This document shows, in pieces, positions 47,242 to 58,959 of a stretch of 64,000 bases of DNA. The DNA is from Psammoneis japonica. Taxonomy: Eukaryota. The notes beneath the pieces were generated by a model, which made no database searches, was not told the origin of the DNA, and worked only from the letters and a program-made list of their open reading frames with translations. The stretch covers positions 124,001 through 188,000 of the forward strand of contig QPGO01000047.1 of the NCBI GenBank assembly GCA_008632985.1, read 5' to 3'. Made by a program: the position numbers and the translations under genes. Every line of letters begins with the position of its first letter. Position 1 is the first letter of the stretch.

Positions 47242-47862
47242 ATGTCTCCGAGACGCCTTCAGCTCCATCAGTGGACTCTGTTGCTCCTTCTTTTGACATC
47301 GGTTCATTCATCGACAAATGTGATGAAGGTAAATGCGATTGGGCCAAAGATATCACTATCCAAACCTTCAAAGCCACCAGTGGAGACAATAGTAGAACCA
47401 AATCCACCGAGCAAACAGAAACAAAAGGGAATTAGTGTTGGTCACTTTCATCCTCCCAACTTGTCCGAGGTGCCATCGGATGTTCCAGAACTCGCCACGA
47501 CCCGTAGGACATTGATAAAGCTTGACGCTTGGATTGGATGTATCTATTCGGCCTTTTTCCTACTCTTCCCGAGCCACGTGGTTACCACTTTTTTTCGGTA
47601 CGACCTTGAAAACGGAATCCGACCATTCATGAATATGGCTGTACGAATGATTGGAATCAATCACCTTGGTTACGTGGCGGGTTTGTTGTCCACAAAAGAC
47701 GACAGAGTAGCCATTCGAAACGCAACAGGATTTCTTACTCTTGGAGGTATCTTTACCGTTTATTATGCACAACTTGCGTTAGATGTCAAATGGATCTTTT
47801 GGAGCTGCACAATTCTGACGAGTGTGTTGATTGGGGCGCACTGGACGGCGTTTTTGGCCTGA
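47242..47862 (+). CDS. Hypothetical membrane protein with signal peptide
   Basis: 206-aa ORF with an N-terminal hydrophobic stretch and about 4 C-terminal TM helices. Confidence 0.6.
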   Translation: MSPRRLQLHQWTLLLLLLTSVHSSTNVMKVNAIGPKISLSKPSKPPVETIVEPNPPSKQKQKGISVGHFHPPNLSEVPSDVPELATTRRTLIKLDAWIGCIYSAFFLLFPSHVVTTFFRYDLENGIRPFMNMAVRMIGINHLGYVAGLLSTKDDRVAIRNATGFLTLGGIFTVYYAQLALDVKWIFWSCTILTSVLIGAHWTAFLA

Positions 47863-48233
47863 CGCAACGAAACCGTGTACTGCGTCATCTAAAGCGGGTT
47901 TGCAGGTGGCATTTTTTGGTTCAAGGGGTTATTCCTGTTTGTGTGAAGGGTGTAGTTATGAAATTTTGTAGAAAACAATGGGTGCAGGTCATCTGCAAGT
48001 CATACAGTATATTGAAGTGATTGATGTCGGCGGCATTTTTTTTAATAGTTATTGTAGCATGCATCCACCATTGACGACTGTGTCATTAGCGTACCGTGCG
48101 GAAACCTTGAAGAAAGACTGAACCAGTAATGAGCAATTCTTGGGATGCTAATGCCGTAAAAGCGCCGCAAGATTGAGCTTAGTCGAGGAACATGGACGAT
48201 TGGCTTGAATCTGCCGCCATTACTCGTTGTATG

Positions 48234-50057
48234 TTATTGTGTGAACATGATCGAGTAGATCCACCTTGACCCGAGCTCTTTTGTCCAATCCACAAACCGC
48301 TTGTATCGTTCTCCGTATTCTTCGTCATCCCAAAAGAAATTTGCAGGTGGAGGCGTACCCGTGTTCACATAGTCGCGCTGAAATTTGTTGAGCCAAAAGA
48401 GCATTTCGTCCAACCAACCATCGTCACGGTGTATTCTGAGAATAATGGCTCCATTCGTAGCCGTTTGTCGCACCATGACTGCCGAGTGACATTCGGGCCC
48501 CACACAAAGCATCTCCATCATTAGTTGAGGCACGTAATGGGGAGACACGTACGGCTCTCGAAATGGCATTCGGCGAATGGCGAATCGCGGTGTTTCATTC
48601 GGCTTTGTCCATCGTGCTGTAATGTAGGGACAGTGATTTTTGACCTCGAGTGCCTCCACAGTCCCATTTGGATATCGTAGTATTGCGTCTGGTGTTGCTC
48701 CAATCAACATGGAGGATTCTGTATGGGTTTGGTTTACAGTCAGACCGGCGCCGCACATTCCTACCTCTTGCACTCTTATACCAGGCTCTCGTTTCCAAAA
48801 ATAATTCAATGCAGTCAATACGGATACAGCCTCTTGAGCATCACCCCAAAGCAGTCGAATAGGCATGATTCCTTGATGAGCGTGGTCCTCTGCTCGCTGC
48901 TTTCGCCGACTGTGTTCTTGTGCCGTGGTTTTTGGCAGATATTTTGCAGCAAAGGGAAAACGCTTTCCATTGGCGTTCTTGCCGCTTGGAATGGTCCATA
49001 CACGTTTCTTGGTTTCTTCCAAAGGCCCGTCATGCTCCGTATCTGTACACAAGAGCTCATTCATTTCGTCTAGTGTACAAAGAGCATCTTGGCTCAATCG
49101 ATGAAACGCTCTCGTGCCCTTTTCACCGCCTCTCCAGCTCATGGGAATGTTTAATGCCGCACTCGCCTTGGGCTCCATCAATCCAAGTGCTCCGGCGGCT
49201 TGAGAGGTAGTACAGCGTCCCTTGTGGAGCGCGTCCCACTGCCATGATTCTTGTCGAAAAAGACGAGCGTCTTCCAACGACTTTAAGCACGACACGGATT
49301 CGGGGAGAGCATCGTACCGAGGATGCAGTCTTAAATGCTCCAATGGCAAGGCTCTCCAGTGTATATCGGGAAAATTACCAAGATATGCTCTTTTTCGATT
49401 CTTTGATTTCTTGCTCTTGGGATTCCGTCGTGTTTTCTTTGATGACGTGACAGGATCATCAGCATCTGTACGTATAAATTCTTCTGCAGGCACGGCATCT
49501 TCTGTGGACCCTTCTTGCGTCTGTATTCTGGAGCTAGCGCTGTTGATGCTTGTTTCTCGCCGAGATACTCGAACTTGGGATGGAATAAGGTCGTACGAAA
49601 ACGAGCCCTTTGATGACGACTGACTTTTTGTCGATTTCTTTCGCGACGAACTGCTGTTGTTCAATTTTGAAGGATGCCGAGCGACGATTTGTGATGGGAC
49701 TAGAGACAAACATGAAGGCGGCTCATTTTTTTTTCTCTCTGCCTTGAGTTGTCTCGGAATGAAGGGTGGGTGGTTTGTCGAAAAGCCGTCAACGACTGCT
49801 TGCTGGTCCAACATAATGTTGGCAGCCAACACGAGAAACGCGACAACAAGCACTCGGCCCGTGAAGAACCTTCCACCGGTATTATGCGTGTACTTCTGAG
49901 GCGTCTTTGATCCTATAGGCTTCCAAATCTTTGTTAAACATGATCTATTTGCTTCCTGTTGCATATGCAAGTGATTCATTGCCATGCAAACCGCTGACTC
50001 ATTTGCTTTTGCGGTGCTATTTTTCCGCCGTTTTATCTCCCATCTCCCATCCATCAT
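48234..50057 (-). CDS. YqaJ/lambda-exonuclease-like PD-(D/E)xK nuclease with N-terminal targeting region
   Basis: W..LHKGRCTTS, WG..QE, EVG, GATPDA, LEVKNHCP, Y.PQL..EM. True start codon uncertain. Confidence 0.7.
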   Translation of the reverse strand: MMDGRWEIKRRKNSTAKANESAVCMAMNHLHMQQEANRSCLTKIWKPIGSKTPQKYTHNTGGRFFTGRVLVVAFLVLAANIMLDQQAVVDGFSTNHPPFIPRQLKAERKKNEPPSCLSLVPSQIVARHPSKLNNSSSSRKKSTKSQSSSKGSFSYDLIPSQVRVSRRETSINSASSRIQTQEGSTEDAVPAEEFIRTDADDPVTSSKKTRRNPKSKKSKNRKRAYLGNFPDIHWRALPLEHLRLHPRYDALPESVSCLKSLEDARLFRQESWQWDALHKGRCTTSQAAGALGLMEPKASAALNIPMSWRGGEKGTRAFHRLSQDALCTLDEMNELLCTDTEHDGPLEETKKRVWTIPSGKNANGKRFPFAAKYLPKTTAQEHSRRKQRAEDHAHQGIMPIRLLWGDAQEAVSVLTALNYFWKREPGIRVQEVGMCGAGLTVNQTHTESSMLIGATPDAILRYPNGTVEALEVKNHCPYITARWTKPNETPRFAIRRMPFREPYVSPHYVPQLMMEMLCVGPECHSAVMVRQTATNGAIILRIHRDDGWLDEMLFWLNKFQRDYVNTGTPPPANFFWDDEEYGERYKRFVDWTKELGSRWIYSIMFTQ

Positions 50058-50705
50058 CCATCATCGTCCCGATCATCGCGCGTATGCGTTCTCATGAGCA
50101 ACCAATGACGTACGACGTGCGAACTTTCACGCGCGCGAGCGAGATCGCGGTCGAAGGACAGGACCGTGAAGCATGAGGCGTGATCGCATGCCCAGAAGTA
50201 GCTCTACTAGCTAGAGGAAGCTAAAAGGAGAGGAAGAAACTTTCATTGCGTAATAATGGCGGGACCACTACAATTTTATTTCAGTTTCTGCTCAATCTAG
50301 TGTACTTTCTTCCAACAACAAACACCCAAAGGCCGTTCGGGCAAGTGATCCTTAGCCAGTCAATCTTTTGTCACGACATCACGTGCCAACACTTTCAAGT
50401 TTTACGCCTTGCTGTCTCCTTTGTTTTCTTCCTTCTGTCGCCAACCGACTTCAAATTCTCCTCCCGCCGAATTGTCTGAGGGCTTTCTCGTAGATCTATC
50501 GACTAGGAACGCTGCTAAGTCTACTCCGCTAGCTAGTACGGTAGGCTTGCTTTGGTGGTCGCATATATTGATACTAACTGAAACACTAATACTTTGTTAC
50601 AAACTTACATTGACAAACGCGAAATCATACGCAGATCTTGCAGAATCACCACCACAAATAATATTGCACAGATCAACTGCACATTCAGTTCTCAACAGTT
50701 CCTAC

Positions 50706-51638
50706 TTAAAGAAACTTGTGAATCGCCGTATAGGCATTGTCCTGGTAGGTTTCATTGGTAAAGTCATCCATAAAGCACGACTGATCCGTCACCTCCCCAC
50801 TAAAGCCCTTTTTGCTGGCATAAAAGACACCCGTCTTGTAGGTTTCATCGTCCACCAAGGCATCGACATAACGCTTGGCACCCACATCGACCTTGTGCAT
50901 GGATCCCGTCACGGACATGATGGGCATGACTACTTTAAACAGGGCGCGCTTGAAAAGGGGCAAGTCGCCGGCCGCTTCGGTACCCGATGTGCCTCCGGGA
51001 CTCATGGTGACGAATCGAAACTTGGGTTCCTTACGAGCCATACTGGACATGTACAGTGCTCCCATGTACTTGACGTGACCATAGGTGGCTTCAAAGGACG
51101 TGTCCTTGACATACGCGGATCCGTCCAGATACGGCGTCAGTTCCTCCACGGTTCCCTCCTTGATATCGGGACGAGGAAATTGAAAGGACTTGATTCCACG
51201 AGCCGCCTCGCTTCCCGACAAGACAACCGAAGCACCCTCGACTAGCTTTTTCGCCTTGATGAGTTCTTCCACCAACAGAACGTGTCCCATGAGATTAATC
51301 GCAACCACGGCCGGCACACCAAAGTCCGTCTTGGCCATGTGATCGACTCCGCCCTTGCCTCCGGCGTTCAACACCAATCCATCCAGCTTACCGTCAAACG
51401 CTTCGACAGCCTTTTTGACAGAATCGGGTTTGGAAACATCCATAACGACAACTTTGTAGACATTCGTTTTACCCGTGGCCTTTTCGAGGTCCTCCTTGGC
51501 CGCATTGGCACGCTCCTCGTTGCGGCATGCTAGATAGACCGTTTCCATGCCGTCCAATAGTCCCAACTGCCTCGCACACTCTTTTCCCAAACCAGCATTG
51601 GCGCCTGTCACCAATACGTTTGTAATCTTGTTAGTCAT
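50706..51638 (-). CDS. Short-chain dehydrogenase/reductase
   Basis: VTGANAGLG, LACRN, LNAG, N..GH, YGHVK (YxxxK). Confidence 0.92.
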   Translation of the reverse strand: MTNKITNVLVTGANAGLGKECARQLGLLDGMETVYLACRNEERANAAKEDLEKATGKTNVYKVVVMDVSKPDSVKKAVEAFDGKLDGLVLNAGGKGGVDHMAKTDFGVPAVVAINLMGHVLLVEELIKAKKLVEGASVVLSGSEAARGIKSFQFPRPDIKEGTVEELTPYLDGSAYVKDTSFEATYGHVKYMGALYMSSMARKEPKFRFVTMSPGGTSGTEAAGDLPLFKRALFKVVMPIMSVTGSMHKVDVGAKRYVDALVDDETYKTGVFYASKKGFSGEVTDQSCFMDDFTNETYQDNAYTAIHKFL

Positions 51639-52016
51639 GATGGCAATACAGTATGGATGATGTGTTCTGATGACAGTTCTGCTGCTCTGCTGCAGTGTTG
51701 TTGGTTTTGTGTGTGTATGTTGTGTGATGCATCTTCTGTTGACTGTTGAATGCTGTTGGATGTTGAAGCCACCTGCGGCAAGTTGAAGTTCTGACAGCTT
51801 CGAACGCTTCGATGAACTTCTTGGTTGATCACCTCTAATACTTTATTCAATGACATATAAAATTGTATTGGACATTTTATACATAATAAAATCTGCATAA
51901 GTTCAAATATCGACGTGGACCAATAAAAAGAAGGCTTGCGCCACGTCCTCGGCTTTCCCGCGCAAAAACTGCCTCCAACAAACTCCAAAACACACGCGCT
52001 ATCAACAGAGCCAACC

Positions 52017-53023
52017 ATGACGCTCGCTACCGCTACTCCTGGTAGCAATGACGACGTTCTTGTCGACAAACCAAACGCCACATTATCACCAACAATTTCG
52101 TCATCGTCTTCCATGACGAGCCAGAAGCAAGAGCCTTGTTTGCTCGAGGAGTCGGTCGAACTCAAAGGTGTAGAGGATGTGCTTGCAGCTCTCACTCCTG
52201 AAGAAAAGGCGGAATTGGCAGACGAAAACATGCCACTAAGACACTTTCGTGCGGAAAAGGTGAGTGTGCGAAAGCCATGTACGAGACTGTAAGGAATACA
52301 CGTGTGTTGTGGAAAAAGTGCGCTCACCTTTTATTGTTGTTACTGCTTCATTTTTTTCTTTTTTGATGTTCGCAGGGCAATACAAAAGAAGCCATTCGCA
52401 AAATCAAAGCCACCATTGCATGGCGCAAAGAGTTTCAAGTCGAAAAACTCAAACGATGTTTTGACGAGGACGGCGATGAGGAATTTCGATCCATCATTAC
52501 CAAAGAAAATGAAACAGGCAAAATCTACGTGCGCGGCCACGACAAGGAGGGTCGATCGTGCATGTACATGATTCCTGCAAGAGAAAACACACACGACGAA
52601 TTGAACAACATGAGGCATTTGGTATTCATGTTGGAAAAGGCAATTGCGTGCAATGAAGATGGTTTGGAAAAGATTCATCTCATTATTGATTACAATGGCT
52701 TCAAAATCAAAGACTCACCGCCCCTTTCCACCTCCAAGCACACCTTGACTATATTACAAGATCATTATCCCGAACGCATGAAGGTATCGTGGGTATGCAA
52801 TCCACCCATGACGTTTAAAATCTTTTGGACCATTATCAAACCCTTTGTCGATCCCGTCACCAAGGAAAAGATTGTCTTTTGTCACGGCAAGAGCGGACAA
52901 GCGAAATTGGCCAAAACGTTTGATTTGACCAAGATGGAAAAGTGTGCGTTTGGAACAGAGACATTGAAGGAATTCAATTCCAAAGAATTCTTGGCATTGC
53001 CTTTTGACAAGACTTTTGAGTAG
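52017..53023 (+). CDS. CRAL-TRIO/Sec14 lipid-binding protein, 2 exons
   Basis: LRHFRAEK, intron 52260-52375, GNTKEAI...WRKEF, GHDKEGR, ILQDHYPER, FVDPVTKEKI. Confidence 0.92.
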
Positions 53024-53254
53024 AATGTAGTAGCGAGATGGATAACGCTACGTTTTACCGGTAGTAGAGAGTGGTTCTTATACTTTTTGGTTGGTACAAG
53101 TACTTTTGGTTCGTGGACATCATGGCGTGCTTGGTGTGAATGTGCTGTTAAGAACTCCGTGGTGCTGACATGTACATTGAAATCGTAGCCTTGAAAGTCG
53201 CTCGTAGGTTTTCGTTCTCAAATAGTTACATCACACTCATGGCATTGAAGTCTC

Positions 53255-53791
53255 TTGTGGGGTGCGTCAAACAGGTCTCACGGAAAGCAAGCCCTTAGCC
53301 ACAATTCTGACAGGAAGTGGAGTGCATGTCCAGAAAAAGACATTGAAGCCTGCAATGGCGATAAGGCTGATTGCATGGCCACTGCAGATGACGCATCAAG
53401 CCAATTCAAGTGCATGATTCAGCCCACCAACTCAAGTCATTGTCGCTGCATCCAAGAAGAACGAAGCTGGACCGAAAAGATTCACATCTGTGAATGCGAG
53501 GCAAATGAGTGGCATCAGCTTGGTCATGACCTCAACAGAGAAGTTCAACCTCACCCATTCATTGAATTGTCTTGTTCCATTTTGAGTGACAGAACTCACG
53601 TGACCTTTGCCGCTGGGAACAATGGCGCACACGTCTCAAAGCTTGGGGCTGGTTGTGCATTGCCATGGGCCAATGACTGTGCAGCTCTTACAAAAAATGT
53701 GCAAGCTTGCATTTTCTGTTGCGTGTGGGTCACAGAAGCCATCACATCTGTCATGGAATTACCCACCCCAAGAGAGCTTCAGCTCATTTGA
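53255..53791 (+). pseudogene. Tyr-free relic ORF, beta-propeller/FG-GAP-like after back-conversion
   Basis: IHICECEANEWHQLGHDL reads IYIYEYEANEWYQLGYDL if TG/CA are reverted to TA. Confidence 0.45.
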
Positions 53792-54174
53792 TGCTGCTGG
53801 TTTCGCTTTTTTTTCATGTCATTTCACTCAAAACCAGATCCCTTGATCTTGTTCAATTTGCACATCTGTGAAAGAACAAGGTGGAAGAAAACAGTTCAGA
53901 TGTTGCATGTTGCACTTTGAGGATGCAGTCAATTGTTAAGGCAAGTGTGGGCATGTGTGAAGAGCAAGAGTGGGTCACTGCACAGCAGGCTGCCCACTTG
54001 AGGCATGTCAAGTTTTGTGCGACCGAGGTGTCATTTTTGCCAGTGGTGTGAAATGAAACCTCAGCAAACTCTCATTGCAGCTGTTGAAAGGATGGATGGT
54101 CAGCACATTGTTCGACAAACCTGAACCCAGCTTGCTTTGAGCATTGCTGCTCACGAAGTGTCGCGTCCATTTTC

Positions 54175-55243
54175 ATGATGACATGTGCACATTGGTGTGC
54201 ACTGCTGCCAATGGTTGCAAAGGTCATGTTTGATGCGATGGCGCAAGGTGTGTCAATTGCTGCAAAAGCAAGTCAAGACATGCTTTGCGCTGCTTTGGCT
54301 GCACCACGATTTTTGCGCCGATCGAAAGCCACGATGACTCCTTTGTCCACCTCCAGAACATCCTGCGCAACACCATGCCTGCAAGCATGCCTTTTGACCA
54401 CAAGGACTGTGACTCCACCCTTCTTCACAACGCCATTCAAAACTGCACACCTGCAGAGGACATGCCAGTTGATGCTCTGTCTGCCAGTCCTCCTTTGACT
54501 TGTCCATCGAGCATGAAATCGATTTGTCCGACCATTTTCAAAACATCCTTCGAGAGCATGCGCCCGCCGCAATGATTGCCATCCTGACGTTTTCCGACAC
54601 TTGCGAGATTTTGTCAAATTTCACTGGTGAGACCATGTCAAAGCTGCGCACTGCATTCCACGAGTTCTCTTTGAAGACCAAGACTGTTCGTGAAACCGCT
54701 TCGACCTTGCACGAGATCATCCATGACTCCTTGAAGACCTTCATCACGAAGGCACGAATTCAGGCTCACGTTTGGAAAGAATGTATGACGATGTCGTTTC
54801 AGACACCAATGTTGTCATTAGAATGTTGGTGGACAACAATTCAAGAAGCAACTGACAGCTCTGTCACACTTGTTCAAACTCAGGCCCGCACTCTGTGTGA
54901 CAAATGCGAGACGATGCCGTTTTGGACACCAAAATTGTTTTGCATCCAGAACATTGGTGGACGAGAGTTCAAAACTCGTGAAGGAGCTTTTAATCTGGGT
55001 GCGAGTGCGGGTGAGCAAGATGTCAAGAGTTGGGGACGTTCCTTGTGCCCCGATCCGAATCATGCGGTGAATTGGGCCAGTTGTTTGACGTGTGCGGCAA
55101 GAGGGGCATGGTGTGTTGTAGAGCGGGATCAGCTGTTGTGCAGTTTACATTCGGAACCTTGGCGCAAGACGATTCTGTTGAGAGTTTTCTGTTCATTGCA
55201 TTGGATGGTGGGATCTAGCTGTGCCATTGCAGAGCGCACATGA
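54175..55243 (+). pseudogene. Tyr-free relic gene, frameshifted, unknown product
   Basis: Overlapping ORFs 54285-54575 and 54500-55243 read as protein-like text with C/H at Tyr-like positions. Confidence 0.5.
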
Positions 55244-55520
55244 CAAGAGCAAGTGTCCAAATAGTCTCCCTGCTTTCATTTCGTCCGCTTCGTCAAAAAT
55301 GCCAAAGGAAATGCTGCCTCCATCGCTTGAAGAGCCTCTCCAACCGGTGGAAGCGAGATTTAAGTGCAGCTGTGCCAGTGCAGAGCACATGCAACAAGAA
55401 CAAGTGTCCAAATAGTCTCCCTGCTTTCATTTTGTCCGCTTCGTCAAAAAAGCCAAAGGAAATGCTGCCTCCATCGCTCAAAGAGCCTCTCCAACCGGTG
55501 GAAGCGAGATTTAAGTGCAG
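55220..55520. repeat. Near-identical 150-bp tandem duplication
   Basis: caagtgtccaaatagtctccctgctttcattt...gcgagatttaagtgcagc occurs twice, 150 bp apart. Confidence 0.92.
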
Positions 55521-56447
55521 CCAATGAAACGCAGCTTCACCGGCATTGCGAATCACCGCATCAGGTTTTTCCTTTGGAACGCTCGGCACGCGACCAATTG
55601 TTTTGAGAGAATTGGCAATCTGGTGCTGCTCGCAGACACTTTCCAAGCAGTGGTGCATTTCGGAAACAGCATCGTCAAACAAGATCACTGGCAAGGAGGT
55701 GCAAGCATCCTCCAGTGGTGTGGATCGTGCGCCCGCACACACAATGTGAATTCGAAACTCCGTGCAAGGCCTTTGAACCATCAATCTTGAAGGCACCAAA
55801 ACTTTAAGGTCTGACAATGTTGTGGAAGAAGGGGAAGTGAGAAGTGAAAATCGAGAACGGATGGTCACGGTGCGAGCTTGCGATGAATGAATTTGTTGTT
55901 CCTCACCTTGCTGTCAACAACAAGCTGCGGCAGACGGGATTCATTCAAGGCGGGCAGCATTGGAGAAAGCTTCACGCCTTTCTATGCGGCGATCACTGAC
56001 ACTGCCATTTCTAGCGTCGGCTCTTGTCCTTCCAACACAGCTGCCCCGACTCGGTGCTTGACTTGCTTGTCATCAAAGGTTCCCTCAAAGTTTGACAACG
56101 TGCGCGAAATTTCGGAGACTGTCAACCGTGTGCCATTTCTCCTCGTCGTCGCAGGAGAGAAGACTCAACTTCTTGGTGCTGTCGCACTTGGCTGCCGTTG
56201 CAGGAAACCATGACTGCAGCACATGGATTGAGACCTGTGCTTGTCGTCATCAACTGGCCCGATTGCTTCCATGTTACTGCCGGCCGACAACGAGAAGGAC
56301 TCTTCAACTTCATCCGAAAAGTCAGTCAAACGAGTCTTTTGAAGCACAAAAGGGAATGAGAGACAATTGGAGTGTGCCCTTTCTGCCCCATTCCTGGCTT
56401 GTGCCTCGTGCCGCACCCCGTCTGTTGTCACGAGATTGTCTCGAGAT

Positions 56448-56537
56448 CGTGTCCCGCGCATCACCGTCCCACGTCCCGCGTCTCACCGTCCCACGTCCCA
56501 CGTCCCGCATCCCGGCGCGTCCCGTGTCCCACGTCCA
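56448..56537. repeat. GTCCCRC short-motif array
   Basis: About 8 copies of (c)gtcccac / gtcccgc upstream of ORF 56689. Confidence 0.8.
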
Positions 56538-56688
56538 AAAGAAATTTGTAAATTCCAAAAGCCTGGGTCGTGCCAGCGTGTGTGCTTGTCTGTGTCACCA
56601 AAATGCAAGCACGACATTGCACGGCACAGCAACGGACGACAAAAACCGACAAAACCTGTTCGCAGCTTTGACCTGCTGCTGAATCACC

Positions 56689-58017
56689 ATGTCGTCATCT
56701 GCCACTGATCCCTCGAACACTCCTGAGCGTCTCGTCAAGAAAGGTGTCCAAAAGAAAATGAAGCCATCCGGTCCTCTGTTTTCCGCTGACATGCTTTCTC
56801 CGGTCGGCAAGAAACGAAAGACTTTGCAGTCTCAGGCGTCGGCAAAGAAACGCCGTCCTGATGGAGCTGTTGCTGCTGCCCAAATGCCCCAATTCGAAGC
56901 TCGTCTTGATGAAATCGAAGAAAAGAATGGATGCCAAAAGGAAATCACGACGATCGTCAAGTCCTGTGACAAGATGCTCGGCCCGGTCGATCGAGCCTGC
57001 AAGCATCTCAAATCAAAACTCGAAAAGGCAGCCAATCACCATGATTCTGTGAAACAAGCTAGAGATGAGGCGAATCGAAAGTTTGATGAAATCGGACGTG
57101 ACATGGATGAAGTCGATGCGAAGATCAAGTCTCCATTGAGTGAAGTCGAAAACCTGCGCGCTCAGAAGAAAGAAATGACCAGCATGCGCGAAGCTGTCAC
57201 GTCGGTGGCTTTGAACCTTGCCACCACAGTCAAGGCCGAGAACGCCGTGTCTTCTCCATCCACACAACTTGAGGAAGCGAAGAAGAACAAAGAGCTTCTT
57301 GAGAAGGAACTTGAACCCTGTCAGCATCTTCTCAGACAACATCGTGTCATTTGGAGGGATTGGTCTGGTGAGCAAATGTTTGAAAACTTGGAAATGGAGT
57401 TTTCACGCAATTTTCTAGAAAATCTGGACAAGGAGAGGCTTCTGATCATCAAGAAGGCTGTGAAGATTTTTGGCTTCCCGCCAGCAAGACACTTCAATGT
57501 GAGGAACAAACCAAAAACGGGTGTGATCGACGACATTTGCACTGCAGCAGACATGCCTCTCCCAGAGTTGGCATTTGATCCTGAAGCCATCCAGAAGGCA
57601 GTGCGAGAAGGACGCGCCAACTGGGATGCATTCAAGCAAAAGGTTGCGATGGCGGATGCAGCGCACGCTGCGAAGGACTGCGAGCACATGGATGGCATTT
57701 CTGATGAAGAAGAGCATGGTGAAGAGGATGCTCAGACAACAGGGGGCAACATTTCGAAAACATCTGGAAGACGAAAGAGCATTTGGAAAACCAATGGATC
57801 AAACCACTCTGGAGCAACACTTGTCTTAATCTTGCTCTGTCAAACATCGGCACAGCAGGAGCAGGGCCCTGCGTCTGGACAGGTGGCACCTGCACGACAA
57901 GGACGTGCTTCCTGCAATCCCGGGAGCGCTGCAGCCGACGCAGCTGTTCGAGAAAAATGCGTCAACGGCAAACCGGGTGCAGCAAGCAAGATGTTGTGCG
58001 ATTCCTTGCTGGCTTGA
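56689..58017 (+). pseudogene. 442-aa coiled-coil, NLS-bearing ORF with no tyrosine; hypermutated gene
   Basis: KKRK and KKRR motifs, heptad region, no Tyr, and GCQ, KSCD, RACKHL, KDCEHMD, EEHGE at Tyr-like positions. Confidence 0.6.
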
Positions 58018-58959
58018 GGCAGATCCAAATTCGTCTAAAACAGAAAGATGAAAAACTGCGAACTGGCGGCTGTGCCCTCCAACTCAATTCCAGCAACCAC
58101 CCAACTGGCTCGTCAATCAAATGGTCACTCTGGGTGACTGAGTCGTCACCGACAAATGCACAGACAAAGGCAAAGAGTCGACAGGCAAGGTGCCAGCGAG
58201 GAATGAACTGCGAATCAATCTCGCTTGCAGGTTTGAAGCGACTCCATCTGCAAAGAAGCTCAGTCAAGAATGAAATTTTCCTGACAAGGCCTTCAACCAA
58301 CAGCGCAGGAATTGACACATTCAGACGGGCAACTGCAGATCGTTCTGAGCGTTGAACCAGTCGCTGCACTCATTGCATCTGCGAATCACTGGTGCCAGCA
58401 AGGGCCAGAGCAGCAAGCTTCCCATCAGCAAAACGCTTGCCTGCATCCTGCGTGCAACTGCAAGTGCGCTTCAATTGCAATGAGCAGCAAGAGAAGCTTC
58501 AGCAAACAGAGTGCGAGAACAATGCATTGAAAATGAGAAGGAGACACTTGACGAATGAAACAAAACAGGCGACTCACCTCGACACGTGCTCATTCCCCCA
58601 ATGACGTCTCGAACTTCTGGCCCAAGCGTCACTGCCATTCTTTTCTTCATTCCATCCATGTTACATTGAATCGCTTGTTGCTTTGCCGTAAGCGATTGGA
58701 AGTCTACAAAGGCGGTGCTCGAAAGCAAGTCACCGGATGCTGAACCTGTGAGATGCTCCCAACCCAGCTTTCTTGCTAAAGTGGGCTGCTTCTTTTTCGG
58801 GATCTTTCGCCGTTGATCTTGTGTCAAACGAACGCATTCAGCATCAATGCCAGGTATGTTGATTCAACTCTTGAGTCATGCTGCGCAAGGACAAGAGAGA
58901 AAGCAGGAATTTTTGGTGCCAAGTCTCATCGGCGACAGGGCAATGTTCAAAGAAGTCAC

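Noticed and set aside
50409..52327. ORFs 50409-51245 (+) and 51635-52327 (-)
   Set aside because: Antisense shadows of the SDR and Sec14 genes.
53255..58017. Alternative genetic code or genuine Cys/His-rich metal-binding proteins
   Set aside because: TA is missing in all frames and in non-coding DNA, so the effect is at the DNA level. Neighbouring genes use the standard code.
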